A stretch of 63,881 nucleotides of DNA, filler included, from Octopus bimaculoides (Eukaryota): NCBI RefSeq assembly GCF_001194135.2. It is 5 parts of 5 records of this genome, joined end to end, with 100 filler letters (N's around TTAATTAATTAA, not from the genome) between each part and the next. Parts side by side here need not be neighbours in the genome. Positions count along the whole stretch, not along the records: positions 62,653 to 63,881 come from NW_026335757.1; 4 more parts are not named here. One strand, 5' to 3'. This document shows positions 63,041 through 63,881 of the stretch, in pieces. The notes below the pieces were generated by a model, which was given only the letters and a program-made list of their open reading frames with translations, did no database searches and had not been told where the DNA came from. The stretch's first letter is position 1; each line of letters opens with the position of its first letter. The translations under genes were made by a program, and so were the position numbers.

Positions 63041-63512
63041 TGAGTGAGAGAGCAGTGCATGCCATCAAAGTGACACTGGGGTAAAATATACGAAGCCCAT
63101 TATACCCATCATGACAACCCGTCTGATAAGGGTACACTAGGCACATGCATCACAACCATATGTACGCGACATGGTGATCTCATATCAAGATAAACAGCAC
63201 GTGACCTTGCAGATGGGGCCCAGTTTGAATTTTCTTCAGGTCGAGTAGCCCATCCCGCTCAAAAGGTCCCTTAATAAGGGTTGTTTAAGGCTGTTCAATG
63301 AAACACCCATGTTTCCAAAAGTGTATTATTCAAACCCCAAAGAATTCCTCTCAACACATGGCTAGGATGCTCCCCCACTACTTCTGCTCATGATCAGAGA
63401 TGCACATATTGTCAGCCACCAAGGGACAAGTTCAACTGGTTAAGGTCAAACAACTGACAAGCAAATCTATGGTATTGAGCAAAATATCTGCTGTAGCCCA
63501 TCTGTTATAACA
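63041..63512 (-). mobile_element. ~470-bp non-coding interspersed repeat ending in (TAA)n on the minus strand
   Basis: Second partial copy at 41359-41474; ends ctctcactcAATAATAATAATAA; no long ORF. Confidence 0.7.
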
Positions 63513-63521
63513 AAATAATGT

Positions 63522-63881
63522 ATTATTATTATTGTTCAGTAGTTTTATTTTTATAACGTGCTTTCACTTCACTACTGAACGCAGCTCTGTGTGCCTTGGG
63601 TATGTGCTGTGGTTTGCTGTGATGCTCTTATGGTTACTGTATTGAAAGTGTTTTGCGTAGGATGTGTATAGTGCCCAGTAGTGCAATTTTCTGTATGTTA
63701 TATATATTTGTAAGTCCTGGTGTTTTTGTTATGTATTTGTCTGAATATTTTTTTATTATACCTAAGGCACCTACTATGATAGGAATTGTTTCTGTTTTTA
63801 GATTCCACATTCGAGTTACCTCTATTTCCAGGTCTTCGTATTTTGAAAGTTTTTCCATTTCTTTTAGGGAAACGTTGTCAT
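63522..63881 (-). mobile_element. R4/Dong-like LINE 3' end: intact RLE C-terminus, 3' UTR, (TAA)n tail; continues past the window edge
   Basis: DNVSLKEMEKLSKYEDLEIEVTRMWNLKTETIPIIVGALG...QKIALLGTIHILRKTLSIQ* with no stops; tail gaacAATAATAATAATA. Confidence 0.9.

Overview
AT-rich, gap-riddled eukaryotic DNA dominated by microsatellites and transposon debris. The SINE families and repeat landscape point to a cephalopod, most likely Octopus (inference). I can support no complete protein-coding gene; nearly all ORF-track entries are read-through of N-runs or simple repeats. Recognisable content: (i) about 30 full or partial copies of several tRNA-headed SINE families that share modules, plus an unclassified (CAA)n-tailed repeat; (ii) two Ty3/Gypsy remnants, one lacking its integrase core and one collapsed to a miniature LTR-PBS-PPT-LTR unit; (iii) at least six fragments of restriction-like-endonuclease (RLE) LINEs (one HERO-like, five R4/Dong-like); (iv) a DD37D (maT-type) Tc1/mariner fragment; (v) a Helitron PIF1-helicase pseudogene; (vi) a 218-bp palindrome whose two arms each carry a decayed minimal hammerhead-ribozyme motif of the Penelope type, the most unusual structure here; (vii) candidate minus-strand exons (39601-39202, 37978-gap, 18644-18360) of an unidentified host transcript, and a strong CTCF-like motif. 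Four identical 100-bp N44-TTAATTAATTAA-N44 spacers show the window is a concatenation of at least five scaffolds. Several 10-N gaps are flanked by duplicated contig ends. Long-range adjacency is therefore not guaranteed.
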